Assembly (NCBI GenBank): GCA_031382085.1
Contig: JANMYM010000036.1
Coordinates: 23,340-87,339 of the forward strand
Length of the DNA: 64,000 bases
Origin: Gammaproteobacteria bacterium
Lineage (GTDB): Bacteria; Pseudomonadota; Gammaproteobacteria; Steroidobacterales; Steroidobacteraceae
Direction of reading: 5' to 3'
The notes under the pieces were generated by a model. The model was not told the DNA's origin, did not search any database, and saw only the letters and a list, made by a program, of their open reading frames with translations. Below are positions 50,123-58,953 of the stretch, one piece after another; position 1 is the stretch's first letter; each line of letters starts with the position of its first letter. Made by a program: the position numbers and the translations under genes.

Positions 50123-50301
50123 GCGTCCTCCGATCCGTCGACAGCTGCACGGCGGGCCTCAGACAACGCGGCGCGCAGCACGCGCAGCGCGGACCACGTA
50201 GTAAGCGCAATCGCGCCAAGTGCAACCACATAAGACGGCCACACGAATTGTGCATAGCCCCCCATGGCGAAAAAAGCGGATATTGAATCAGGCATTGGCA
50301 A
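50119..50301 (-). CDS. ccmD: heme exporter protein CcmD
   Basis: A 60-aa single-TM protein (FFAMGGYAQFVWPSYVV) lying between ccmC and ccmE. Confidence 0.7.
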   Translation of the reverse strand: MPMPDSISAFFAMGGYAQFVWPSYVVALGAIALTTWSALRVLRAALSEARRAAVDGSEDA

Positions 50302-51028
50302 CCATCTCCCGCACCCAGGCGGAGTGCTTTTCGCGCCGCAGTATTTCCGCGCGCAAACGCACGCTCAGGAACGCCAGAAAAAACACGGTAAAACCTGCGA
50401 ACATCAATAATAAAGGCACCAGCATGGACGCGGGCATTGATGCGCGAGCCAGCTTCATCACCGACGGCGCTTGATGCAAAGAGTTCCACCACTCAACGGA
50501 AAATTTCACGATCGGCACGTTGACGATGCCAATCACCGCAAGCCAGGCGCTCAGGCGATCTGCGCGCGAGGCGTCATCATACGAGGCCCGCAGCGCCATG
50601 TAACCGAAAAACAGGAACAGCAGTATCAACTGTGCGGTGAGTCGCGGATCCCAGACCCAATATGCGCCCCACATGGGCTTGCCCCACAGCATGCCGGTTA
50701 TCAGCGACACCGCAGTAAATGCCGCACCGACGCCGGCGCAGCTCGCCGCCACCGCATGCGCCACTTTCATGCGCCAGATCAGACCGACCGCAGCTGCGGT
50801 CGCCATGCAGGAATAAATCATCAAGGACAGCCAAGCGGATGGCGCGTGCACATAGATGATGCGAAACCCGTCGCCCTGCTGGTAATCCGGCGGCGACGAC
50901 ACGAGACCGCCGTAGAGACCGGCAGCTATCAGCAGCGCCGTGCTCCATGTGAGCCACGGCGAGAGTCGCTCACTGAGACGGTATATATGTGGCGGCGAAC
51001 CGAGCCGATGAAACCACGTGAAAACCAT
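50288..51028 (-). CDS. ccmC: heme exporter protein CcmC
   Basis: MWGAYWVWDPRLT is the WWD domain. Confidence 0.9.
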   Translation of the reverse strand: MVFTWFHRLGSPPHIYRLSERLSPWLTWSTALLIAAGLYGGLVSSPPDYQQGDGFRIIYVHAPSAWLSLMIYSCMATAAAVGLIWRMKVAHAVAASCAGVGAAFTAVSLITGMLWGKPMWGAYWVWDPRLTAQLILLFLFFGYMALRASYDDASRADRLSAWLAVIGIVNVPIVKFSVEWWNSLHQAPSVMKLARASMPASMLVPLLLMFAGFTVFFLAFLSVRLRAEILRREKHSAWVREMVANA

Positions 51029-51031
51029 GCG

Positions 51032-51697
51032 TTACTCCACAGCAATGCGCAAAACGGCCGCCGTCGCCAGCGGCGCCAGTGTCAGTGCCAGAACCGTGAC
51101 CGCCGCTAACAAATAGAACGCGCCTGCCGCGTTGGCGCCTTCGATCACGAGCTTGGTGGCGCGCGCACCGAAGATCACCACCGGGACAGCGAGTGGCAAT
51201 GTTAGCAGCGTCAACAGAATCCCGCCACGGCGCGCACCCAGGGTCAGCGCCGCGGCGGCCGCGCCTAACAGACTAAGACAAACGGTGCCAAGCACCAGCG
51301 CCAGGATCACGCCGGGCATGGCGGTAACCGGGACGCCGAGGCCCGCGCCCAGCAGCGGTGCCAGAAGGGCCAGCGGCAGGCCTGTCAGCAACCAGTGCGC
51401 CGCAACCTTGGCCAGTACCAGCGACAGCAGCGACTCGCTGGCCGCGACCAGCTGCTCAAGCGTGCCGTCGGCTGCATCATCGCGCAGCAGGTGATCCAAA
51501 GACAGCAACGCAGCTAACAAAGCGCCGACCCACAACACACCGGGTGCGATGCCTCGCAGTTCCTCCAGCCGCGGCGACAAGGCAAGCGGAAACAGCGCGG
51601 TGACCATCGCAAAGAAACCTATCGGCAACAGCGTCTGGCCCGGCCTGCGAACCGCGAGTCGCAGATCCCGTGTCAGCAACAGTCCAAAGTGCCTCAT
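51032..51697 (-). CDS. ccmB: heme exporter permease CcmB
   Basis: A 221-aa, 6-TM protein in the expected operon position. Confidence 0.85.
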   Translation of the reverse strand: MRHFGLLLTRDLRLAVRRPGQTLLPIGFFAMVTALFPLALSPRLEELRGIAPGVLWVGALLAALLSLDHLLRDDAADGTLEQLVAASESLLSLVLAKVAAHWLLTGLPLALLAPLLGAGLGVPVTAMPGVILALVLGTVCLSLLGAAAAALTLGARRGGILLTLLTLPLAVPVVIFGARATKLVIEGANAAGAFYLLAAVTVLALTLAPLATAAVLRIAVE

Positions 51698-52326
51698 GCC
51701 GCCGCCAATACCAGTTCCTGCCTGGCAGCGGGTGCAGGCGCCAGCGGCGCATGCATCGCAGCGACCGCGATGCCGCCGGCGCGCAAATGCTCCGCGACCA
51801 GCCCGGCAAACATCGCCTGGCCGTCGGCATCGAGCTGAGTGGTCGGTTCATCGAGCAGCCACAAACGCACCCGGGCTAACAGAAGTGCCGCCAGGGACAC
51901 GCGCCGGCGCTGACCTGCCGAGAGCTGGCGCGTCGGACGAAGCTGTGCGGCGACCGGCAAGCCCACTTTGCTCAGAGCAGCCTCGATTTCGTGACGTTGC
52001 AGCGGGCGGCGTAGTCCGATCCAGTAGTGCAGGTTTTCGACGGCCGAGAAATCGGCCTTGAGGGGCGCATCATGCCCCAGATAGAGACTCTCGCTGCGGA
52101 ACGCGGACCGGTCGGTCGCCAGCGGCGCGCCACCCCAGACAACGCCACCCGATTCGATCGGCAACAGTCCTGCGAGCGCGCGCAACAAGGTAGTTTTGCC
52201 CGAACCATTGGCGCCGCGCAGCTCCAGGTACTGGCCGACGCCCAGCCGCAAATTGATTTTTTTGAGGACCGCGCGCTCACCACGCAAAACACGCAGATCG
52301 CGCACTTCCAGGACCACATCAAGCAT
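51694..52326 (-). CDS. ccmA: heme exporter ATP-binding protein CcmA
   Basis: Trimmed to MLDVVLEVRDL. Has Walker A GANGSGKTT and the signature LSAGQRRR. Confidence 0.85.
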   Translation of the reverse strand: MLDVVLEVRDLRVLRGERAVLKKINLRLGVGQYLELRGANGSGKTTLLRALAGLLPIESGGVVWGGAPLATDRSAFRSESLYLGHDAPLKADFSAVENLHYWIGLRRPLQRHEIEAALSKVGLPVAAQLRPTRQLSAGQRRRVSLAALLLARVRLWLLDEPTTQLDADGQAMFAGLVAEHLRAGGIAVAAMHAPLAPAPAARQELVLAAA

Positions 52327-52499
52327 CCCTGCATTGTAGTCGGTACGTGCTGAATTGGCCGCTTTTTTAGCTGTCCGCCCGCCCAAGCTGTGAACTGCTA
52401 ACAAGTACGCGCATTTCATTCACCTGCAGGTCCTGTCGCCGTCATGAGACAGCGGCTGCTGGCGCCTTTTCGCGAGATCGGCGCAATGCTGCGGGAAGT

Positions 52500-52588
52500 T
52501 GGTGCCCCGGGCCGGACTCGAACCGGCACGACCGATTAAGGTCAACGGATTTTAAGTCCGTTACGTCTACCAATTTCGCCACCGGGGC
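52500..52588 (-). tRNA. tRNA-Leu, anticodon UAA (type II, long variable arm, encoded CCA)
   Basis: The reverse complement is GCCCCGGTGGCGAAATTGGTAGACGTAACGGACTTAAAATCCGTTGACCTTAATCGGTCGTGCCGGTTCGAGTCCGGCCCGGGGCACCA. This gives a 7-bp acceptor stem, anticodon stem ACGGA/TCCGT, loop CTTAAAA and T-loop GGTTCGAGTCC. Confidence 0.9.
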
Positions 52589-52593
52589 ATTGC

Positions 52594-52654
52594 AAAAAAA
52601 ACCGCGGGGCGCAGGTTGCGTGAGCCGCCCTGTCGCGTCAAGCGCCGGCCCCGC
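52594..52654 (-). terminator. candidate intrinsic terminator after the 52664..53329 gene
   Basis: On the minus strand, GCGGGGC...GCCCCGC is followed by GG and T8. The loop is unusually long at about 37 nt. Confidence 0.4.
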
Positions 52655-52663
52655 AAAACGGCC

Positions 52664-53329
52664 CTAGAATGGCTTGACGACGCCCAGAAACGCGATCGCA
52701 ATCAGCAGCGCATAGAGCCCCAGCACGTAGCGAATCGCGCCGTCGATCGCGCCTGCAATACAGCGCTCGATGTCCGGGGTCGAACCCTCGCTGGCGAGCC
52801 GCACAAACGCCGGCGCGACCGGACGAAAGGCGAAATCGATGCCGATGGACATCGCAAAGATCACCGCCAGACCCAGCAGCTTGGCGGCGAACCAGCCGCC
52901 CGGCAGCGGCCCATGACCCAGCATTGACGACAGCGCCACAGCGCCGACCACTAACATCAGCACCGCCTGCAGACCCAGGTTGATTCGTCCGTAGGTCTCG
53001 GCGGCCGGCTTACCCTCGTTACGCCCGATCGCGAACAGCAACAGTATCCACCCCAGGGCAATCGCCCAGGACGCGGCGAGCAGCGAGGCCGGTATCGGCG
53101 CAAATCCGCCGGATGCGGTGACATGCAATCCGACCGGCAGCATCAGCGCAAAGCACAAGCGTGGAGTCAGGTCGATGGTGATGGCCATCTTGAGCGCGAA
53201 GGCGCGTTCGCCGAACGACAGGTCCGCGCGTTTAGCCGCCTGCGCCAGCAGCAGCACCCCGAGATCGGCGCCCAGCCAGTAGACCAGCAGCATGACATGC
53301 ACAAAAACCCAGATACCGTGTTCAGTCAT
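52664..53329 (-). CDS. 6-TM membrane protein of unknown function (paralog of 39399..40064)
   Basis: Homologous over its full length to the other copy. There is an 8-nt overlap with the NSS transporter stop. Confidence 0.5.
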   Translation of the reverse strand: MTEHGIWVFVHVMLLVYWLGADLGVLLLAQAAKRADLSFGERAFALKMAITIDLTPRLCFALMLPVGLHVTASGGFAPIPASLLAASWAIALGWILLLFAIGRNEGKPAAETYGRINLGLQAVLMLVVGAVALSSMLGHGPLPGGWFAAKLLGLAVIFAMSIGIDFAFRPVAPAFVRLASEGSTPDIERCIAGAIDGAIRYVLGLYALLIAIAFLGVVKPF

Positions 53330-54698
53330 AAATGAATCCCGTTAGCATGATCGCCACAATCGCCACAGGACAGAGATAACGCAGCAACCAGACCACTACG
53401 CGACGGCTGGCGGGCGTGGTTTCGATCAACTGTTCGTCGACGATAGCGCGACTGATGCGCCACCCCACAAAGACACTGGTCAGCAGTGCGCCGGCCACGA
53501 GCAGCAGGTTGGAAGCGACGTAGTCCATCAACGTGAAGAATGTCATCTCGTGAAACACAGGAATCACAGCGAATGGGTGCCACGCAGACCAAACATTGAA
53601 AGACAGCACCGAACCGAGCCCGACGATCCAGCATGCGCCAACCGCGATAAATGACGCCTTGGGTCGACTGAAACCACCCCTTTGTTCGAGCCATGCGATG
53701 ACGGGCTCGATTCCTGCCAGGGACGGCGTCAGTGCCGCGAAAACCAGCAGCAGAAAGAAGAGCCCCCCGACCAGCCGGCCGCCGGGCATTTCCGCAAAGG
53801 CCGTTGGAAGTACTCGGAACACCAGTTCCATGCCCTGGGCCGGATCGAGCCCATACGCGAACACCAATGGAAAGATCATCAAGGTGGCCAGCAACGACAC
53901 CAGCAGGATAGAGCCGACGATGATGAGCGAACAGCGGACCAGCGAGGTGCCTGTCTCTACGTATGAGCCCATGGCCAGCATCATTGCCATGCCAACACCG
54001 GTGGCGAAAAACGCCTGACCCACGGCCGCCAGCACCACCTGCGGCGTGATCGCGGCGAAATTGGGCGCAAATGCAAAGCTCAGGCCGCGAACGACATCGC
54101 CTGTACTGAGCGCGTAGACCACCAGAATCAGCAGCAGGATCAGCAGCGCCGGCGCGCGGAACTTGTTAGCGGCTTCGATGCCGCCTTGCAGGCCACGCGC
54201 GGTAATGAGTGCGACACCGACCAGGAATGCAAGATGCCATGCCGTTAGTTCGAGCGGATTCGCCAGGAAAGCGTCCCACAAGGAATTCACGCCCGGCCGG
54301 TCGAGGCCAGTGAGCTGACCAGCGCTGACTTTCCACGTGTACGCGAGCACCCAGCCGGCGATCACGGTGTAGTAGGACATGATCATGAATGCCGCGACCG
54401 TGCCTATACCGCCGATCCAGGTCCAACGTTGTGACAAGCCCGAGCTCAGTGCCACGACGCCAGCAGCCCGGGGCGGACTGGTTCGCGCGCGCCTGCCAAT
54501 CATGAATTCGGCGGCCAGCAGCGGTGTTGCAATCAACAGGCAACAAAGCACGAAAACGAAAATAAACGCGCTGCCACCACCGGTGCCCGCGAGATAGGGA
54601 AATCGCCAGATGCTCCCGAGGCCCACTGACCCGCCGACAGCCCCCAGGTAAAACGCGAAACTGGACGACCAACGCGTGCTGTTGCTATTCGAAGTCAT
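53322..54698 (-). CDS. sodium-dependent transporter (NSS/SNF family)
   Basis: GAVGGSVGLGSIWRFPYLAGTGGGSAFIFVF is the canonical NSS N-terminus. Confidence 0.85.
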   Translation of the reverse strand: MTSNSNSTRWSSSFAFYLGAVGGSVGLGSIWRFPYLAGTGGGSAFIFVFVLCCLLIATPLLAAEFMIGRRARTSPPRAAGVVALSSGLSQRWTWIGGIGTVAAFMIMSYYTVIAGWVLAYTWKVSAGQLTGLDRPGVNSLWDAFLANPLELTAWHLAFLVGVALITARGLQGGIEAANKFRAPALLILLLILVVYALSTGDVVRGLSFAFAPNFAAITPQVVLAAVGQAFFATGVGMAMMLAMGSYVETGTSLVRCSLIIVGSILLVSLLATLMIFPLVFAYGLDPAQGMELVFRVLPTAFAEMPGGRLVGGLFFLLLVFAALTPSLAGIEPVIAWLEQRGGFSRPKASFIAVGACWIVGLGSVLSFNVWSAWHPFAVIPVFHEMTFFTLMDYVASNLLLVAGALLTSVFVGWRISRAIVDEQLIETTPASRRVVVWLLRYLCPVAIVAIMLTGFIYD

Positions 54699-54862
54699 GA
54701 GTGCGCTCGCTGACCGCTATAAACTACCGGATGGAGGCCTGGGTCGGAATTTAGTTAGCGAACAATTAGGCTTTTTCATAGCGTTTAGTATTTGCTCCGC
54801 TGAATACCAGCTCTACAAAGGCGGGTACGGCAGCGTTCGAGCCTGAAATGCAACCGCCATTG

Positions 54863-55092
54863 CTATGCGATTGCTTTTGCAAGCGCGACAAAATCCGCAT
54901 CGGATGCCTCCAGCGTGGCCCGATGCAGCCGCGCGCAGGCACTGAATCACCCTTAGCCCTGACCTTACGCGCTAATTCATACGCCCGCACCCAGACTTCC
55001 CCAATGATTGGTAGCTCAGGCACTACCGCCTCGAAATCGCGTAGTACTTTGCGGTCTCGGTCACCCGAGGCGCCGTCGATGATTGTATTCAC
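54863..55092 (-). pseudogene. decayed PIN-domain (VapC-like) toxin gene
   Basis: One frame gives NTIIDGASG...VVPELPIIGEVWVRAYELARKVRAKGD. A 1-nt frame change near 54945 leads to FSACARLHRATLEASDADFVALAKAIA*, a PIN C-terminus. The central part of the domain is missing. Confidence 0.45.
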
Positions 55093-55189
55093 GTATCGCG
55101 GTCACAATTGCTTCTCGCTTCGTGGCTGCTCCAGCGAAACGCAATGCGTCTGCGAGATCCTGTTCTGGAATATCTACAGTGGTTTTCAT
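55061..55189 (-). CDS. VapB-type (DUF2191-like) antitoxin, short
   Basis: Not in the ORF track because it is under 60 aa. MKTTVDIPEQDLADALRFAGAATKREAIVTAIREYNHRRRLG* lies directly upstream of, and overlapping, the PIN remnant. Confidence 0.55.
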   Translation of the reverse strand: MKTTVDIPEQDLADALRFAGAATKREAIVTAIREYNHRRRLG

Positions 55190-55612
55190 AAATCCATATT
55201 GGCACAAAACGTATTCCCCCAGTTTTGACGGACGCTCGTCTCACGTAGCAACGAATGCCTTGCCAGAGTTTTCGAAACTGGCGCGAAAGTCCTCGATTGG
55301 TACTGCAGCCGCTTGTCTTAAGCCGGCTCACGCAAGGGTTCGAGGTTGTTCCAACGCTCGGGCATATAACGAACAAACACAGGTTGCAGCATGCTCGCGC
55401 CGTTTGCGGGAATGGCAAGAAAAACCTCGTTCTCGGTAAACAACCGTTGTTGTTCATTTGCTCTTGAACGGTCGCAGACGCGGCGCATTTTGTCTCTAAC
55501 AATCCAAACGGTGGCCTCGTCGGTGATGCGTGCGTGAAATGCACGGGTTCGGTACAATTCTGCAACGCGCGTCTGCCGCGCCGAACTGGTCTTTGTGCCA
55601 TAGGAAAACATC

Positions 55613-56647
55613 ATGATGCATGCGCTGCGACAACCTTTGGCCGCCGCCCTGCTCTGCGTGACGCTGGCGGTTGCGGTGGCGGCGCCGGTAGCCAATGCGA
55701 CCAATTCGCCGCCGGAGTTGCAAGCGGTACTTCGGGACCTGTTGGCCTGGTGGCCCGGTGAATACGACACGCTGCCGCAGGTTGAACTTGAGCGCGCGTT
55801 GGGCGCACCGCCGGATGGCGAACATGATCGACAATATCGCGTGTTTGCAAAAGTTGACGTGCCACATATCGGACCGAATGTCATTTACGGTGAGGTGCGT
55901 TCGGGTGGCAATGATGGACCATTGATCAAGGGTCAACAGGTGCTCTACATTCTGAGCATCGATGCGGCGCACCAAGTCGTTAATGTGAGTGGCCGGCGCA
56001 TCAAGGACGGTGACCAGTTCGAGCGCGCCTACCTGCACCCTGAGACGCTCAAGAACATTGCAGTGGATCCGGCCTACGGCGGCAACTGCGACTTTCGATT
56101 CCAGCGCTACGCCACGCTGCTGCGCGGCTGGCTGGCCAATCGGGACGCGGGCGTCGACAGCCGCACGTGCACTATGCTTTCCAAAACCTCCGGACAGACG
56201 ATGACCTGGGATGCCGACTGGGCCATCGCGCCCGAGGAAATCTGGGTTTTTGATAACGGCTACATGCAAGATCCCGCACATCCCGAGAAACCCGGCCGCC
56301 TGTTCGCCGGCCGGGAGGACCGAACCTATGAGCGCATGTACAAGTCACGTAACTTCCTTTGCAAGGTCGCGCCGCTCACAGGGCCGGCCATCAAGGAGGC
56401 AACCGTACTAGACCGAGGTGGCGAACTCGTTCTCTCGGCCCGCGGTAGCGGCGCGCGCAAGGCGCGGTTGTTGCGTATGCCCCAAGCCGTCGGGACTCCG
56501 ACGGTGCTCGAAGATACATTGCAGCTTGCGACATTCGCAGCGGATGGAACCGCGCCGCTAGAACAAACCCGCATGCCGGCGAGCGCCCGCACCATCGCCC
56601 TAGACTACGATGGCGGCCGTATCGACTGCCGCCTGTTGACTCAATAA
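55613..56647 (+). CDS. secreted protein, CpcT/CpeT-like (DUF1001 lipocalin-like) N-domain (tentative)
   Basis: Signal peptide MMHALRQPLAAALLCVTLAVAVAAPVANA. The pattern WWPGEYDT...YRVFAKVDVPHIG...YGEV...GGNCDFRF...TCTM...DNGY...YERMYK resembles CpcT-family proteins. Confidence 0.45.
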   Translation: MMHALRQPLAAALLCVTLAVAVAAPVANATNSPPELQAVLRDLLAWWPGEYDTLPQVELERALGAPPDGEHDRQYRVFAKVDVPHIGPNVIYGEVRSGGNDGPLIKGQQVLYILSIDAAHQVVNVSGRRIKDGDQFERAYLHPETLKNIAVDPAYGGNCDFRFQRYATLLRGWLANRDAGVDSRTCTMLSKTSGQTMTWDADWAIAPEEIWVFDNGYMQDPAHPEKPGRLFAGREDRTYERMYKSRNFLCKVAPLTGPAIKEATVLDRGGELVLSARGSGARKARLLRMPQAVGTPTVLEDTLQLATFAADGTAPLEQTRMPASARTIALDYDGGRIDCRLLTQ

Positions 56648-56660
56648 GCTGGAGCACGTT

Positions 56661-57116
56661 ATGCCACTACAAATCCGCCTGGGCCGTGTTGCGATGGTCA
56701 TCGCCGTCGCACTCGGCGCTTGCACAGCGCGGGCCGCGGACCCACTGGCGCCCTGCGATACCAGTCTTGGCAAACAGGTTTTTGCGCTGTGTAGCGCCTG
56801 CCATGCCCTGCAACCGAGCGAACCTGCACGGGAGGGGCCCAATCTGTTAGGTGTCATCGGCAAAGCGGCCGGGTCGCAAGACAAGTCGTTCAAGTATTCA
56901 CCCGCTCTTGTGGGCGCCAAGTGGCGCTGGGATGCGGCGACGCTCGACAAGTTTCTCACCAATCCGCGCCGCGCATTACCCGGCACAACGATGACCTTTA
57001 TCGGTTTAAAGGCCGCCAATGAAAGAGCAGCCGTAGCTTGTTATCTGCAAGGCGCCGCAGTCATCGGTGAGCGCCGTCAATCACGCGCAAGAAGCACGGC
57101 CCCACCTGTTGGTTGA
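56661..57116 (+). CDS. class I c-type cytochrome (c2-like), secreted
   Basis: Heme motif CSACHAL, plus GPNLLGVIGK and PGTTMTF, the distal Met region. Confidence 0.75.
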   Translation: MPLQIRLGRVAMVIAVALGACTARAADPLAPCDTSLGKQVFALCSACHALQPSEPAREGPNLLGVIGKAAGSQDKSFKYSPALVGAKWRWDAATLDKFLTNPRRALPGTTMTFIGLKAANERAAVACYLQGAAVIGERRQSRARSTAPPVG

Positions 57117-57132
57117 ATGAAGGGAGAACATC

Positions 57133-57789
57133 ATGATCAGATCGCTCGCACTCCTGGCCGCGGCCGCGCTGGGCGCGGCCGTTTCGAGCCTGGCCAGTGC
57201 CCACGACGCCTTTGCATCGATGTATGCCCCCGCCGGGTACAAGCAAGACGTCGAGATGCGTGTCTACCACGGCTGCAAGGGGAGCCCGGTGAATCAGCTG
57301 CGGATCAAAATCCCCGAGACCGTTTCTTACGTCAGTGTCGAGAACCGCCCCGATTGGACGGTCGAAATCAAGACCCGCAAGCTCGCGAAGCCCGTGTCCG
57401 ATGAGGTCGGGCGCCTCATTACGGAAGTGGTCGACGAGATCATATGGTCGAAACCGAAGAGCGCGCTGCCGCCCTCCCGGATGTTCGAAGGATTCAGGTT
57501 TCGCGTAGGGGTGCCGGATACCCCGGGAGCGATCCTCTTCTTCAAGACCATTACCGGTTGTGAGCAGGGGGACGATAAATACGTCGATCTGCCGAAGGAA
57601 CCGCTCGACGTCAACGCCAAGGACTTCCAGAAGAAGATCTGGGCGTTCATGACCGCGACGCCGGGACCCGCACCGTTTCTGATCCTCGAGAAGCCGGCGC
57701 GCCCCCAGTACCCTTGGGGCGATGCTGACAAAGCGCCCGCAACCTCCGCGCCCAAGCCGGCCGGCGCAGCCGCGGCGCCAGCACACTGA
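57133..57789 (+). CDS. YcnI-family (DUF1775) periplasmic copper-binding protein
   Basis: The signal peptide ends ASA|HDAF, so the mature N-terminus is His. DUF1775-like pattern VYHGC...IKIPETVSYVSVENRPDWTVEI...IIWSK...FRFRVGVPDTPGAILFFKTIT. The tail is Pro/Ala-rich. Confidence 0.65.
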   Translation: MIRSLALLAAAALGAAVSSLASAHDAFASMYAPAGYKQDVEMRVYHGCKGSPVNQLRIKIPETVSYVSVENRPDWTVEIKTRKLAKPVSDEVGRLITEVVDEIIWSKPKSALPPSRMFEGFRFRVGVPDTPGAILFFKTITGCEQGDDKYVDLPKEPLDVNAKDFQKKIWAFMTATPGPAPFLILEKPARPQYPWGDADKAPATSAPKPAGAAAAPAH

Positions 57790-58096
57790 GGCCCAAGGTC
57801 ATGAGCGGGTCTGCGGTCCGCGCGATGCTGGTGCTGTAGTGCATGTACCTCGGCCGATCGAGCTGCAATATTCTTTTGAATTAAAGCCATACTAAAGAAT
57901 CAACTGCTGACACCGTGTGACCGCGATATCGACTCGCAAGGTCTGTCCATCGCAGAGCCAGGCATTAGCCGAAGTTGCCGCAACAGCGTCTACGTACCTG
58001 AATCGTACAATCTAACAAGAGCGGCATCCGCCATTGCGACTCCACCGTCGTAACATAGGCTCCCTATCGACGCGACCATCCCGTTACAGGTATTTT

Positions 58097-58673
58097 TCAG
58101 CGTATCTCCACCGGCCCACTGAACTCAACCTTGTCATAGTCCGTGACAAAAGCATCCACGCCCAGCGTCCACTGACCGGGAATGATCATTCCCTGAACCA
58201 TCGCGTGCCACATGCCCCCTGGCTGCTTGCTGGCCTTGATGCGGATGTCCGAAATACCCGCTGTGGTTAACGAGGGCACGATTTCAAGGTCAGAAAGGTT
58301 ATCTAACACTTGGCCGTCAGTGCCCTTCACGGTCACCATAATCATGTTCTCGCCTGCTTTGCCGGGCGTTAGCTCGTATTGCGCACTATAGCCGTTCGCC
58401 GTTAGCGTGCCGCGCACGCTGGCGTTGGCCGCCATGGCGGCCGCAAAACCACCCGCCGCTGATGGTCTCTGCACAATCGCACGTGGCGGCCGTGGCCTCA
58501 CCCCGTTCCAACGCCGGTGTCAGCCACCATTTGTTAGCGCCCGCAACCACTAACAAGATTGCAAACAGCACGAGCTTGCGAATCAAACCCGTGCCAGAGT
58601 CATTGCCAAACAGATTGTCGATGGTTTGCAACTGCGTCCAGGAGATCACGATACCCGATGCGATACTCCGCAT
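58097..58673 (-). pseudogene. CopD-family copper-resistance membrane protein, C-terminal remnant (frame-shifted)
   Basis: ORF 58386..58673 gives GIVISWTQLQTIDNLFGNDSGTGLIRKLVLFAILLVVAGANKWWLTPAL. It continues in another frame (58097..58501) as a soluble Ig-like C-terminal domain. The N-terminal TM part is absent. Confidence 0.5.
58531..58556. repeat. inverted pair of the window-wide TTGTTAG word
   Basis: TTGTTAGcgcccgcaaccaCTAACAA is two copies in opposite orientation, 12 nt apart, inside the CopD remnant. Confidence 0.6.
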
Positions 58674-58953
58674 ACATCGCCGAAAGAGTCTCCACGAACG
58701 AAAAGACCAACATGGTGCCAGCGAAACCGATCAACCCAATGAGCAGCACGCTACGCGGGCCGCGTCGATCTGCCAGCCGGCCCCATAGGGGCGCAAACAG
58801 GAAAAGCGCAAGCGTATAGACTGCAGTCAGCAAGCCGGTATGCCGTGAGACTTTTGCAGCCGTTCTGCCCGCGCCGAGGAGTTGTTCCATCAGGTAGGGC
58901 AGCAAAGGCAACGCAACGCCGTAACCAACCGACACCGTGAATACGGCGAGCAT
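58600..58953 (-). pseudogene. MFS transporter, N-terminal fragment only
   Basis: MLAVFTVSVGYGVALPLLPYL...LFAPLWGRLADRRGPRSVLLIGLIGFAGTMLVFSF covers TM1-3 with the MFS signature loop. It then runs into unrelated sequence at about 58680. Confidence 0.5.

Noticed and set aside
52420-52499. Possible terminator hairpins downstream of tRNA-Leu (GCGCC...GGCGC and CTGTC...GACAG).
   Set aside because: Both have 5-bp stems without a following T-tract, which is too weak to call.
55318-55611. Minus-strand ORF segment MMFSYGTKTSSARQTRVAELYRTRAFHARITDEATVWIVRDKMRR...ERWNNLEPLREPA, which looks more protein-like than its neighbours.
   Set aside because: I could not recognise a family, and no clear RBS was seen. 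Its candidate start codons overlap the divergent 55613 start (CATCATGATG). It is kept only as a possible small gene or gene remnant of the islet.
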